The translations under genes were made by a program, and so were the position numbers. The notes beneath the pieces are model-generated. The model had not been told where the DNA came from. It did no database searches and saw only the letters and a program-made list of their open reading frames with translations. A stretch of 64,000 nucleotides of DNA from an archaeon (lineage in GTDB: Archaea; Iainarchaeota; Iainarchaeia; Iainarchaeales; 1-14-0-10-31-34), in assembly GCA_043819075.1 (NCBI GenBank), contig JBDRFE010000002.1, forward strand, positions 114 to 64,113. The letters run 5' to 3'. This document shows positions 20,027 through 29,639 of this stretch, piece after piece (within the stretch, counting starts at the first letter, position 1; every line of letters starts with the position of its first letter).

Positions 20027-20413
20027 ATGCCAGATAATTCTACTGATTTTATGAGCATTTCAATTAACACAGAATTCATTCCATATGCAATTAACCTGCA
20101 GGACAAAAAACCGGTTGAACTCAACATTCAAGTAATCAACAGGTATAATGCGCCAAAAAAAGTCAACCTTGAAATAACTGCAACAAACCAGATAGGATTC
20201 AACAAAACACTTTCATCCATTGAAAAATTCGAGTTAGGCTTGATTAAGCCAGGGGAAAACAGGGTGGTGAAAGTCAGTGTTGCCCCAAAAAACTTTGCAG
20301 CAAAAGGAGAAGAAAAAATCTCAATTATGGCAACAGAAATAACAGTGGAAGAAACAGGCTACAGCTATCCTTCAAAAAAGTTCAGGAAATTAATTGACAT
20401 AAAGCTGAAATAA
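20027..20413 (+). CDS. Hypothetical beta-sandwich protein
   Basis: 128 aa; LG.IKPGE motif typical of Ig-like domains. Confidence 0.5.
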   Translation: MPDNSTDFMSISINTEFIPYAINLQDKKPVELNIQVINRYNAPKKVNLEITATNQIGFNKTLSSIEKFELGLIKPGENRVVKVSVAPKNFAAKGEEKISIMATEITVEETGYSYPSKKFRKLIDIKLK

Positions 20414-20419
20414 AAAAAA

Positions 20420-20608
20420 TTATTTTCTTGGCTTGCCTGGTTTTGACAGTTCCTGCTTAAACTCATCAATGTCTTCTTTGTCGAGACCGAGCTTTGAAAG
20501 CATTTTGCTGTGGTCTTCTGGAGTAAGCTTATCATACCACTCGTGCCAAACCATGTCCTCTGCCTTAGAAATAATTTTCCCTTCAACAGGCTTTCTTGTT
20601 CTGGGCAT
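20420..20608 (-). CDS. Small hypothetical protein
   Basis: 62 aa ATG-started ORF filling the gap. Confidence 0.5.
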   Translation of the reverse strand: MPRTRKPVEGKIISKAEDMVWHEWYDKLTPEDHSKMLSKLGLDKEDIDEFKQELSKPGKPRK

Positions 20609-20701
20609 AATAAAAAAACCTTAAAATAAACTTTAAAATACCTTTCTGTTAAGGGAAAAACTAATAAAAGTATTTAAAGGAATTAAATCATAATCAGTAA
20701 C

Positions 20702-21310
20702 ATGGGAAAAATACTTTCTGACACAGAAAAAAGCCAGAACCTGCTGCTGGTTGTTCCAGACGAAAAATACAGCAGAACAATAAAAAGCCTTGCAAGCGAA
20801 ACCACTTCAAAAAACAAATCATTGTGTTTTGTTTCAGTGAACAAGACAAAAACAGCAATAGAAGAAGAATTAAAAGACAGCAAAATAAACACAGAAAAAA
20901 TTTACTTCATTGACTGCGTAAGCAAAAGCATTTCAAAAGGAAAGATTTCCTGGAGCGACGAAAAAACACAATATATTGACAACCCTAAAAGCCTTACACA
21001 AATCAGCCTTGCAATACTCAAGTCATTTGAGCAAAACAAAATTGATTTCCTTGTGCTGGATTCAGTTAACACACTATTGATTTACAACAGCGAAAACGAT
21101 GTGCTAAAATTTGTGCATCATACAACAGGAAAGCTAAAAGAGAGCGGAAAAACAGGAATATTTATTTACTTAAAGGAAGGGGTAAACGAAAAACTCTTAA
21201 AAAAATTTTCGCAGTTCTTTGACAAAATGATTGAATCAAATCCCCCTGAAAAAAAAGAATTCATAAGAAAAAAAAATTCAATGAGCGGGTTTGAAGAACT
21301 CAAGCTTTAA
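20702..21310 (+). CDS. Degenerate KaiC/RecA-fold protein lacking Walker A
   Basis: IYFIDCVS, SLTQIS, LVLDSVNTLLIYN Walker B-like motif; no P-loop seen. Confidence 0.65.
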   Translation: MGKILSDTEKSQNLLLVVPDEKYSRTIKSLASETTSKNKSLCFVSVNKTKTAIEEELKDSKINTEKIYFIDCVSKSISKGKISWSDEKTQYIDNPKSLTQISLAILKSFEQNKIDFLVLDSVNTLLIYNSENDVLKFVHHTTGKLKESGKTGIFIYLKEGVNEKLLKKFSQFFDKMIESNPPEKKEFIRKKNSMSGFEELKL

Positions 21311-21343
21311 GAGAATGTTTAATTAATTAAAAAAAGTTTTTTT

Positions 21344-22027
21344 ATGCACCAGCTATTAAAAAAAATGTTTGCAAGAAAAAAATATCCCAGTGACCAGAGA
21401 AGGATGGGTTTAAGCCGAAGTGAAAGAAACAAACTAGCAAGATTGCTGAAAGAGGTAAGAGCAAACGACAGAAAATACAAAAACACGCGTTCTATAGAAT
21501 ACAGGACAAACAGAAGCATAAAAGAAGTCAGCGACTTGCTTGGGTACAACCTTATTGGGCTTTTAAAGGAAATGATAGAAACTCGCAGAGAAAGAACTTA
21601 CAGGGTTTTGGACATAGGTTGCGGGGAAGGAACTGCGTTAGCTGGCTTAAAAGAAGGCACTGGACCTCAAAAAAAACGAGTTGTAACTTACGGGCTTACT
21701 GCAACAAAACTAAAAAAAGAACAGAAAGGAAAAATAGACAACGTGTTTATAGGCGCTGTTGAAACCAAGCAGTTGCCTAGACAAACATTTGCTTTAGTGT
21801 ATTCTGCCCAAGCCATTTACGCAGATCAGCTTCCAAAAAAAGTGTTAGAAAAAATAGTGCATTCCCTCGTGCACGGGGGAATTTTTATTTCCCACATAAA
21901 TGCTAATTCTGGATTGAGAGAAACACTTGATGGAATGAAAAAACAAGGGAAAATAGATTATGAAATAAAAAAAGGTTTCAACGCATTGAGTGAAACTGTC
22001 GCAATAATCAAAACAAGAAACAACTGA
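21344..22027 (+). CDS. Class I SAM-dependent methyltransferase with a basic N-terminal extension
   Basis: VLDIGCGEG motif I; F.LVYS; L..GG. Confidence 0.75.
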   Translation: MHQLLKKMFARKKYPSDQRRMGLSRSERNKLARLLKEVRANDRKYKNTRSIEYRTNRSIKEVSDLLGYNLIGLLKEMIETRRERTYRVLDIGCGEGTALAGLKEGTGPQKKRVVTYGLTATKLKKEQKGKIDNVFIGAVETKQLPRQTFALVYSAQAIYADQLPKKVLEKIVHSLVHGGIFISHINANSGLRETLDGMKKQGKIDYEIKKGFNALSETVAIIKTRNN

Positions 22028-22047
22028 TTTTAAAAAAGAATAAAAAA

Positions 22048-22836
22048 TCAGTCTTTTTCATTAATCATTTTCAGCAGTTCTTCGTGGACTAAGCCGTTTG
22101 AAGCAAAACAGTCAATCGGCAATGGTTTTAATGCACTTCCATCCGGGTCAGAAACTTTTCCACCCGCTTCCTCTACTAATAACGCGCCAGCACACAAATC
22201 CCAGGGCTTTAAATGGTATTCAAGATAGGAATCAATTCTTCCTGCAGCAACATAAGCTAAATCCAAGGCAGCTGAACCGCTTCTTCGAATGTCTTTTATT
22301 TTGTAAAGCATTCTTCTGACAGCGTTTAAAGTGAACTCCATTTTTTCTCCGCGGTTGTAGGAAAAACCAGTGTTCAACAAAATTTTTATGAGTTCAGAGT
22401 TTTTTGAAACAAAAATTTTTTTTCCGTTCAAAAAAGCGCCTTTTCCTTTTTCTGCAGTAAACAATTCTTTTAAAACAGGGTCAAAAATTACTCCGGCAAT
22501 AGTTTCAGCCTGTTTCTTTAATGCAATTGAAACACAGTAATGCGGGTAATCATGCGCAAAATTAACTGTTCCATCCAATGGATCAATTACCCACAAAAAA
22601 TCAGCTAATTCATATCCTCTCGGGGTTTCTTCTGCAAGAATTTCATGCGAAGGAAAAGATTTGAGAATAGTGTCTTTAATTATTTTTTCTGCTAAAAAAT
22701 CTGCTTCAGTCACAATATCCCTTGGGCCTTTATAGCTTACCTTGGATAAATCAGAGAACTCTCCTTTATGGGAAAGAATTGCTTTTCCTGCTTTTTTTGC
22801 TGCAAGAATTGCTGTCTCCAAAAACAATGACTGCAT
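22048..22836 (-). CDS. suhB: Inositol monophosphatase family protein
   Basis: DIVTEAD, ILAEE, WVIDPLDGTVNF, RRSGSAALDLAYVAAGR, PWDLCAG. Confidence 0.92.
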   Translation of the reverse strand: MQSLFLETAILAAKKAGKAILSHKGEFSDLSKVSYKGPRDIVTEADFLAEKIIKDTILKSFPSHEILAEETPRGYELADFLWVIDPLDGTVNFAHDYPHYCVSIALKKQAETIAGVIFDPVLKELFTAEKGKGAFLNGKKIFVSKNSELIKILLNTGFSYNRGEKMEFTLNAVRRMLYKIKDIRRSGSAALDLAYVAAGRIDSYLEYHLKPWDLCAGALLVEEAGGKVSDPDGSALKPLPIDCFASNGLVHEELLKMINEKD

Positions 22837-22873
22837 GAAAAAAGAAAAGAACAAAAGAAATTAAAAGAAACTG

Positions 22874-24034
22874 CTAATTGTTTAGGAAAAAGCCGTTGAC
22901 AAACAACACAGTGAAAACAGTTAACAGCAAAACAGAACAAAAAAACAAAATCTTATTAAACAAAGAATTTTTTGATGCAAGCAAAGCCACACTAAAATAC
23001 AAGGGAAACAAAAAACCGATGTATCTTGGAAGACCCTCCAGAGAATTAGTGGACAAATAAAAAAACAACAAAACAGACGGATAAACAACAAAACTCTGCC
23101 TTGCCTTTAAATGAATTAAAAACCAGATAAAAAACAATGCAAGAAAAACCCAAAAGTATACATAAAAGTTAAATAAGTGGAAAACATTATCATAACTCCA
23201 TCTGGTTAAAGTAGTAAAAACTGAAGTGAACTCTCTTTCACTCCAGTCAAACAAAGCTGTCTTGAATGCAAAGGCATTGCCAAACCTTAAATGCAGGAAC
23301 AGCATGAAAGACAGCAAACCAGCTGGAACCAATGCAAGAAAAGCAAGGTCTGGCTTAATTTTTTTCAGCAAAAGCCTTAGATTAAACAAATTAATGTTTT
23401 TGTAAGAACTTAAATTCAGCCCAAAATATTCTATCAGCAAAGGAACAAGGATTAATCCGCCTAAAGGCTTTGTTAAGGCAACAAGAAAACCAAAAACAGA
23501 TGCAGCAAGCCAGTTCTTTTTTAAAGCAAAATAAAAGCAAGCAATGGCTAAAAACAAAAACAAGCCTTCAGCGTAAATAACTGAAAAAAAGAAACTCAAA
23601 GGAGCAAAAGCAGTAAACAAAACAGTTTTTTTTGCAAGAGAATTACTGTAGCCTGCAAGAGAAATTAATTTATAAAACAGGAAAAGCGCAAGAAAAAAAC
23701 TTATGTTTGATATAAGGTAAGCCATTAATTTTGGGCTGCCAAAAAACACTGAAAAAATTTTTATAAGCAAAGGATACAAGGGAAAAAAAGCAACAGTAGA
23801 GAATTCTCCCGGAATAAAAGAATAGCCTTTTTCTACAATAGAAATATACCAGCCAGAATCCCAGGCAAAAAACAAGTCAAGCAAAGAATTAGGCTGAACA
23901 AAAAACTTTCCTTTCTGGAAAAAAAACAATGAAGCAAAGCCGACAAAAAAAATGAACAGCCGTGAAGCAAGGAAAATTAAAAAAATTTCTTTAAACAGAT
24001 TTTTCTCTTTTGAAACAAAACCCTGTAAATTCAT
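22874..24034 (-). CDS. GT-C fold membrane mannosyltransferase (PIG-V/GT76-like)
   Basis: WDSGWY..I..GY, AFFPLYP, Y.EGLF, terminal RY; multiple TM helices. Confidence 0.85.
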   Translation of the reverse strand: MNLQGFVSKEKNLFKEIFLIFLASRLFIFFVGFASLFFFQKGKFFVQPNSLLDLFFAWDSGWYISIVEKGYSFIPGEFSTVAFFPLYPLLIKIFSVFFGSPKLMAYLISNISFFLALFLFYKLISLAGYSNSLAKKTVLFTAFAPLSFFFSVIYAEGLFLFLAIACFYFALKKNWLAASVFGFLVALTKPLGGLILVPLLIEYFGLNLSSYKNINLFNLRLLLKKIKPDLAFLALVPAGLLSFMLFLHLRFGNAFAFKTALFDWSEREFTSVFTTLTRWSYDNVFHLFNFYVYFWVFLALFFIWFLIHLKARQSFVVYPSVLLFFYLSTNSLEGLPRYIGFLFPLYFSVALLASKNSLFNKILFFCSVLLLTVFTVLFVNGFFLNN

Positions 24035-24675
24035 GAAAAAACCCAAAGATAATCAAAAAGAAACAAAACAGGTTAAAAAGAAAACCTGATGGCAGCCAAA
24101 AAAAACCAACAGTTATGTAGCCAATTACATACATAATTGTTGAATTTTTTGTATTTTTTGCTGCAAAAACTCCCCTAACCTGAAAACTGCTTTTAATGGC
24201 TTTAAATGCCTTAAAACAAGTGTTTAACAAAGTCTTGGCTGAAACTGGTTTAAAAAAATGCAATTTATTTGAAGTTTAAGGAATTCTTGTTTAATCAGGC
24301 GAATTTTTCGGGTTTAGTGGCTTTTCTTGTATGGCATTTGACTCAAACAGGCTTTGTTTTGCCCTTGTTTTTCTGGCCTGTTTTTTTCCGGTTTTTTGGC
24401 TGTTTTTTTGCTGTTTTCTGGTTAAGCGAATAAAGGAATTGTTTTTGTTTTTTCTCAGAATTTTTGCAAAATTTTTCCACAAAACCGTTTTTTTAGCCAC
24501 TTTGCAGCCATTGTTTTTTTGGGTTTTTTGAGCCATTCCCGGAAACGCCTTAGTTGTATACATAACCCTTTGGCTTGCTGGTTCCCTCACCCAGCCCCGT
24601 TGTTTTTCACACCACCACCCCCTACTTCCACTAAAATTCAGTTTTGACGATTTCTGATAAAGTTCCCTCTATGAG

Positions 24676-24703
24676 ATTCGGTATAATCTGTATTATGGCG
24701 CAT
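24676..24703. other. Candidate dif (Xer recombination) site
   Basis: ATTCGGTATAA-TCTGTA-TTATGGCGCAT: 11-6-11 layout with an ATAA-N6-TTAT core, in a long non-coding region near the composition switch. Confidence 0.55.
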
Positions 24704-24990
24704 CCTGAAAACAAAAAATGCCCTAAAATAAGGCAAGGAAAAGGCGAATCTAGGGCACACGCCAGCAGTATCGGCGATTTTAAGCAGTTTTTTAGTTTTT
24801 ATGCCTTAAAATCAGAAATTAACTTTGAATAGTTATTGTTGCGCCAGAGCCGTTTTTGGCTGGTTGGCAGAGCGATTAGCGGGACGCGGTTAGCGGCACA
24901 ACAACACCTTGGTTATGTAGAAGATTGAGTGGTTTTGGTTTTGGAAAACAAATATAAATTCAATTAAACCCTTGTTATTAAGTTGATTGT

Positions 24991-25422
24991 ATGCCTACAA
25001 GAATAAAATTTTCACTCAAAAAGTATGCTGCTGCCGTTTTCAAGCCAAGCAGAAAAACAATTAAAGCAGTTAAAGCCGGTTTAAAGAAACCTGGAACAAT
25101 TAAAAGGCGGGTGTCTAATGAAAACACAGCGAATTCAATGGCAATAAAAATTGGATTAGATGCGTTTGGAATTAAAGACCATGAAACAAGGACAAGAATT
25201 AAAAGAAAATTATCAGCCCATTTTGACAGAGTAAAGCTGATTCACCATAAGGGAAAAAACAGTTTAGAAAACCACAAAAAACTATCGGAATCGGAAAACC
25301 GTGCGAAAAGAGAAATAACAGGAATGCTGGGTGGCGCAAAAAACGCTTACAAGGCCACAATACTTGTCACCAGTGTTGAAGCAAAAAGGCACCTGATAAA
25401 AGCAAAATTAGATAAAAAATGA
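24991..25422 (+). CDS. Hypothetical highly basic protein
   Basis: 143 aa, MPTRIK start, K/R-rich. Confidence 0.6.
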   Translation: MPTRIKFSLKKYAAAVFKPSRKTIKAVKAGLKKPGTIKRRVSNENTANSMAIKIGLDAFGIKDHETRTRIKRKLSAHFDRVKLIHHKGKNSLENHKKLSESENRAKREITGMLGGAKNAYKATILVTSVEAKRHLIKAKLDKK

Positions 25423-25429
25423 TTTTAGT

Positions 25430-25624
25430 TCAGTCTTCAAACTCAAAAATCTTTTCTATTGGTTCATTAAACACTTTAGCAATATCATAAGCTAATTTAA
25501 GGGAAGGATTATACTTTCCCTGCTCTAAAAAGACAATTGTTTCTCTCCTCACCTGCACGATTTTAGCTAATTGTTCTTGGGTTAAATTATATTTTGCCCT
25601 GAACTCTTTAATGCGGGTTTTCAT
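25430..25624 (-). CDS. XRE/Cro-C1 HTH transcriptional regulator
   Basis: [26 protein letters not shown]. Confidence 0.92.
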   Translation of the reverse strand: MKTRIKEFRAKYNLTQEQLAKIVQVRRETIVFLEQGKYNPSLKLAYDIAKVFNEPIEKIFEFED

Positions 25625-26052
25625 TGAACATTCCCTTTATGGGTTAAATACAAAGCCGAAGCCATGAAAACTATTGCAGAAATTAAAATAATCATTTCAG
25701 CTGTCCTGTCTGCATCTAAAACAGGCCAGAAAACATTGTCTAAAGCAAAAGAATTGTAAAACATTGTTCCTAATGCCCCATAGATTGCGGCAAAAAAACC
25801 ATAATAACCTGCTTTAATTAAAGCCTTTTTTGATAACTCGTCTTCTGCCGGCAGCCCCTGCTTGACTGCTTTAGCTCTGTTCCAAAATAAGTAAACTGCG
25901 CCAAAAACCAGCAAAAGCACTATTACAGGCAAAGAAATTTCAGCAAAACCAATTGAACCTGCATTAACCAGCCAGGCAAGCAATCCAGCAACAACTAAAA
26001 CCGAAATAATTAACCCAAAAACAATTTTTATTCTGTCATTCAACCAAAACAA
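25621..26052 (-). CDS. DUF2178-like membrane protein, translationally coupled to the HTH gene
   Basis: Four TM segments with a central EDELSKK...KAG motif; ATGA overlap with the HTH gene. Confidence 0.7.
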   Translation of the reverse strand: MFWLNDRIKIVFGLIISVLVVAGLLAWLVNAGSIGFAEISLPVIVLLLVFGAVYLFWNRAKAVKQGLPAEDELSKKALIKAGYYGFFAAIYGALGTMFYNSFALDNVFWPVLDADRTAEMIILISAIVFMASALYLTHKGNVQ

Positions 26053-26059
26053 CCCCTGT

Positions 26060-26096
26060 GTTAGAAAAACACAACTTAATGTTAGATTTATATAAC
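26060..26096. promoter_or_regulatory. Tandem imperfect palindromes, probable operator of the HTH regulator, overlapping a TATA box
   Basis: GTTAGAAAAACACAAC (26060-26075) and GTTAGATTTATATAAC (26081-26096), 21 bp apart, just upstream of the operon. Confidence 0.55.
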
Positions 26097-26231
26097 AACT
26101 AGTATTTATTTGTTTTTATCTCAATGGCTTTGTTGGTTAAGCCATAAAATAAGCTGTTTGATTAGCCGGGCAGTTAGCTGATGCCTGGCTAAAAGCTTAT
26201 TAATCCAAAAAAACTAGTTTTGTTTGTTATT

Positions 26232-27527
26232 ATGAAACAAAAAATGTTTGTTGTTGGCTTTCTTTTTGTTTTGTTGTTTTTCTTTGGCTGCACAGATTTT
26301 CTAAAAGAAATTGAATCTAATGCAGGCAAAGACTTTGATTTTTTTGGAAGCGACGCCAATCTTTTTGACGAAAATTTTCTCTGGAATGACGTTAATTTTT
26401 TTGATGAACTCAACAAAATGGGTTTTTGCCCTGAAGGCCAAAGAAGTTTTGAAGGAAAATGCATTCCAATAGTCAAGTGCGCAGACAACACTCTTGAACC
26501 CGATTGTTCTCTGAAAAAACCTTTTCAGTGCATTAAAGGAGAACTTGTTGAAAACATTTTTTTGTGCGGCTGCCCTTTGGACTTCAAACAGGATAACAAT
26601 AAATGCGTTGAAATCCAGCGCTGCCAGGACGGCACAGAATACGGAACTTGTAGCTCGGTCAAGCCTGTTTTTTGTGAAAACAACAAGCTTATAAATAAAG
26701 CAAGTTTTTGCGGCTGCCCTGAATTCAATAAAATTAATGCTGAAGCCTGTGAATTTGATTTCAGCATAAAATCAATTCAAAGAAAATTTGATTTTGTGCT
26801 TAAAGGAGAAAAAAAATTGTTTTTGTTTTCCATGCAGGCTGAACTCAAAAAACAGCTTGCAGGAATTTCAAGAACAAATTACTGTAATCCTGACTGCCCG
26901 ACAGACAAAGAACTGATTTTAAGGTTTTTAGACGAAAAAAGCCAAAGAAAGGAATTGCTGAAGCTGGTTGAATTGATTAAAGAACAGTCCAATGAACCAG
27001 ATGACAGGGCAAGAATCGCAGTCAGTTTAGTGCAAAGAATTCCTTATGACTGGACAAAATTTACTGCAGAAAGGTCGCAGGAAAGATATCCTTTCGAGGT
27101 TTTGTTTGATTACAGGGGGGTGTGCGGGGAAAAATCAAAACTGCTTGTTTTTTTGCTCCAGGAATTAGGTTATGGCACTGCAATCTTTGACTTTAAAGCA
27201 GAAAACCACTGGGCTGTCGGAATAAAATGCCCTTTAAAATACAGTTATAAAAACTCAGGTTATTGTTTTGTTGAATCAACCACTCCGACAATAATCACTG
27301 ACTTTAACGGAGATTATGTTGGTGTTGGAAAACTGGTGTCTGAGCCAAAAATAACTGAATTAAGCGACGGCAATTCTTTTGACAGCGTTTCAGAGGAATA
27401 CCAGGATTTAGCTGAACTCACAGAACTAAATCAACTTAAATCAATGAACTTCGCTGAATACGAGAGATGGCTGGAAATAACCAAAAAATATGGTTTGGTG
27501 GATTCAGATGAAACGAAATCAAGCTGA
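26232..27527 (+). CDS. Lipoprotein with Cys-rich repeats and a transglutaminase-like C-terminal domain
   Basis: Lipobox FFGC; two C.D.T....CS..KP..C....L......CGCP repeats; GVCGEKS / NHWAVGI / FVEST putative Cys-His-Glu triad. Confidence 0.75.
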   Translation: MKQKMFVVGFLFVLLFFFGCTDFLKEIESNAGKDFDFFGSDANLFDENFLWNDVNFFDELNKMGFCPEGQRSFEGKCIPIVKCADNTLEPDCSLKKPFQCIKGELVENIFLCGCPLDFKQDNNKCVEIQRCQDGTEYGTCSSVKPVFCENNKLINKASFCGCPEFNKINAEACEFDFSIKSIQRKFDFVLKGEKKLFLFSMQAELKKQLAGISRTNYCNPDCPTDKELILRFLDEKSQRKELLKLVELIKEQSNEPDDRARIAVSLVQRIPYDWTKFTAERSQERYPFEVLFDYRGVCGEKSKLLVFLLQELGYGTAIFDFKAENHWAVGIKCPLKYSYKNSGYCFVESTTPTIITDFNGDYVGVGKLVSEPKITELSDGNSFDSVSEEYQDLAELTELNQLKSMNFAEYERWLEITKKYGLVDSDETKSS

Positions 27528-27593
27528 ATTATTTGTTTTTTCAGTCTAAAAAAGTATCATTTTTCTGAAAACACGCAAGTTTAATGCATTAAG

Positions 27594-28040
27594 CTATTCT
27601 CTTTGATAAGTTCCCATTAACTCGCCTTGGGCTAAAAGCCTTCCTTTCATTGCTTTCTCTAAATCTGTTTTAGTTGAGCCTTCTTTCAGGCTTAAATTCG
27701 AGTCTAATGCATAAACCTTGAAGTAATACTTGTGGGTTCCGCTTGGCGGGCAGGGGCCGTGAAATTCAAGGCTTGCTGCGCTATTTGTTCCTTGCACCCC
27801 GGGAACAGAGTTTTCTTGGATTGTTTTTGTTTTTCCTTCAACAGGAATATTCCATACAACCCAGTGCGTCCAAACCCCACCTGGCGCATCAGGGTCGTCT
27901 ACAATTAACGCAAGGCTTGCGGTTTTTTCCGGAATGCCTGAAATCATTATTTCAGGATTAAAGTCTGTTCCGTCACAAGAATATTTTGCCGGAATAGCTT
28001 TTCCTGAAGAAAAAGCATTAGTTGAAACTTTTAACTTCAT
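27594..28040 (-). CDS. YbhB/YbcL (PEBP/Raf kinase inhibitor-like) protein
   Basis: IP.KYSCDG, LIVDDPDAP, WTHWVVWNIP, GPCPPSGTH.Y.F..YALD. Confidence 0.93.
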   Translation of the reverse strand: MKLKVSTNAFSSGKAIPAKYSCDGTDFNPEIMISGIPEKTASLALIVDDPDAPGGVWTHWVVWNIPVEGKTKTIQENSVPGVQGTNSAASLEFHGPCPPSGTHKYYFKVYALDSNLSLKEGSTKTDLEKAMKGRLLAQGELMGTYQRE

Positions 28041-28187
28041 TTTATCCCCCTCCTTGGTTTTGTGATTGCACACAGCCTGAAAGCAGGACAAAAGGCACAA
28101 AAAATTTTTTCATTACAATAAAGAACCGGATTCAAAGTTGTTTTAAGCACAAAAACACAGAAAATTATGTATAAAGTGGTTTTTGTT

Positions 28188-28652
28188 TTAGTTTAATACA
28201 AAAACAAAGTAATTCAGCACTGCGGCAAAACTCACCCACAAAATATACGGGATTAACAAATATGCTGCTCTTTTGTCAATTGAATAAAATTCTTTTATTG
28301 TTAATACAATGAAAACCCATAACAAAACTATTCCTGCCAGGCCAAGCACCGGGCTTCTTAAGCCAAAAAACAGAATTGACCACAAAGCATTCAATCCAAG
28401 CTGGATGTAAAAAAAATTAACCGCTTTATTATTTTCTTTTAATCCTTTTTCCCAGACCAAGAAAAAAGCTATTCCCATTAAAGTATACAAAATTAACCAG
28501 ACTGGCGCAAAAAGCCAGTTTGGCGGAGAAAAAAATGGTTTGTTCAGGAAAGCATACCATTCAGTTATTGCTGAAAAAGTGAAAACCGAACCAACAATTC
28601 CTGCCAGCTGGCACAAAACAATTGAAGCAAGCGCTTTGGTTATTTTGTTCAT
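28188..28652 (-). CDS. tspO: TspO/MBR tryptophan-rich sensory protein
   Basis: WY..LNKP.FSPPNWLFAPVW..LY, QL.LN.LWS..FFG, LLIPY..WVSFA. Confidence 0.93.
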   Translation of the reverse strand: MNKITKALASIVLCQLAGIVGSVFTFSAITEWYAFLNKPFFSPPNWLFAPVWLILYTLMGIAFFLVWEKGLKENNKAVNFFYIQLGLNALWSILFFGLRSPVLGLAGIVLLWVFIVLTIKEFYSIDKRAAYLLIPYILWVSFAAVLNYFVFVLN

Positions 28653-28747
28653 CACTAATAATGTGTTCGAACTTTTATTTATTCTTTCACAAAACCCAGA
28701 GTTATGTATAAACAAAGCTTTTTTAATTTCAATCCCGTTTCTTTTCT

Positions 28748-29092
28748 ATGACTTCAGTTAATTTTGTGTTAGGGGTTTTGCTTGATATTGTTGTCTTGTT
28801 TTATGCTGCAAAATTTTTGGGGATTCCAGGAAGAACTTCTGTCAAGGCATTAACTGCCACGCTTGTTTCTGCTTTAATCGGCTTTTTCGTCGGAGATGTT
28901 TTAATCAGAATAATTTTTTCTCCTTTAATTTCTTTCCTGCTTTTGCTTGCTCCGTTAGTCTTAATCTCAATTATTTTTTTAAGGCTGTTTGTAATCAAAT
29001 TTGTTTATAAAATTGGTTTTGGCTCTGCTTTTGGTTTATGGCTTGTCTCCGCCGTAATTTCAGTTATTGTTTCTTTTTGGCTGCCTTTCTGA
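28748..29092 (+). CDS. Hypothetical membrane protein
   Basis: 114 aa, about four TM segments. Confidence 0.65.
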   Translation: MTSVNFVLGVLLDIVVLFYAAKFLGIPGRTSVKALTATLVSALIGFFVGDVLIRIIFSPLISFLLLLAPLVLISIIFLRLFVIKFVYKIGFGSAFGLWLVSAVISVIVSFWLPF

Positions 29093-29144
29093 AAAAACAG
29101 TAAATTTAATAATTCCTTTAACTATGATTTAGTTTGGTGGTTTT

Positions 29145-29639
29145 TTGTTTAAAGAATACTTTAAGGAAGGTTTGATTGTTTTAGTTCTTGCTTTAGTTCT
29201 AAGTTTTTTGATTGAATTTATTCCTGAACCAGAAATAACAAAAGAAACAATTTATTCTCCTGCAATAATGCTTTTAGGATTAATTGCTTTAATTCTGCCC
29301 GCAATTGCTGCAATCCCTGGAGGCTATTTAATTGCAAAAAAAACTAAAGAAGCAAAACCAACCCTAGGGGTTCCTGCTGTTGCAGTTGCTTTGGCCGGCT
29401 TTTTATTAATTTCTTTTTCTATTGTCCAGGTTTCTTTTGCATCTGATGCTGAACTGCAAAAAGAATTAGATGAAGTAAAAGAATTAGATTTGGGAATGTT
29501 TGACGACTTTACGGCGCAGGAGTTCAGGGATTTCACTCTGGCTTCTTCTGCAATTGGCTTAATTTTTATTATGATCTTTAATTTTGCTTTGGGTTTGGGG
29601 GGGGCATTTATCGGAAAATACTTTGCTGGAAAAAATTAA
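29145..29639 (+). CDS. Hypothetical membrane protein
   Basis: Four TM segments with an acidic loop; terminal GLGGAFIG. Confidence 0.65.
   Translation: MFKEYFKEGLIVLVLALVLSFLIEFIPEPEITKETIYSPAIMLLGLIALILPAIAAIPGGYLIAKKTKEAKPTLGVPAVAVALAGFLLISFSIVQVSFASDAELQKELDEVKELDLGMFDDFTAQEFRDFTLASSAIGLIFIMIFNFALGLGGAFIGKYFAGKN

Noticed and set aside
23991..24832. Short ORFs 23991-24263, 24291-24590, 24331-24531 and 24644-24832
   Set aside because: Low-complexity F- or K-rich translations of skewed non-coding DNA with no recognisable motifs
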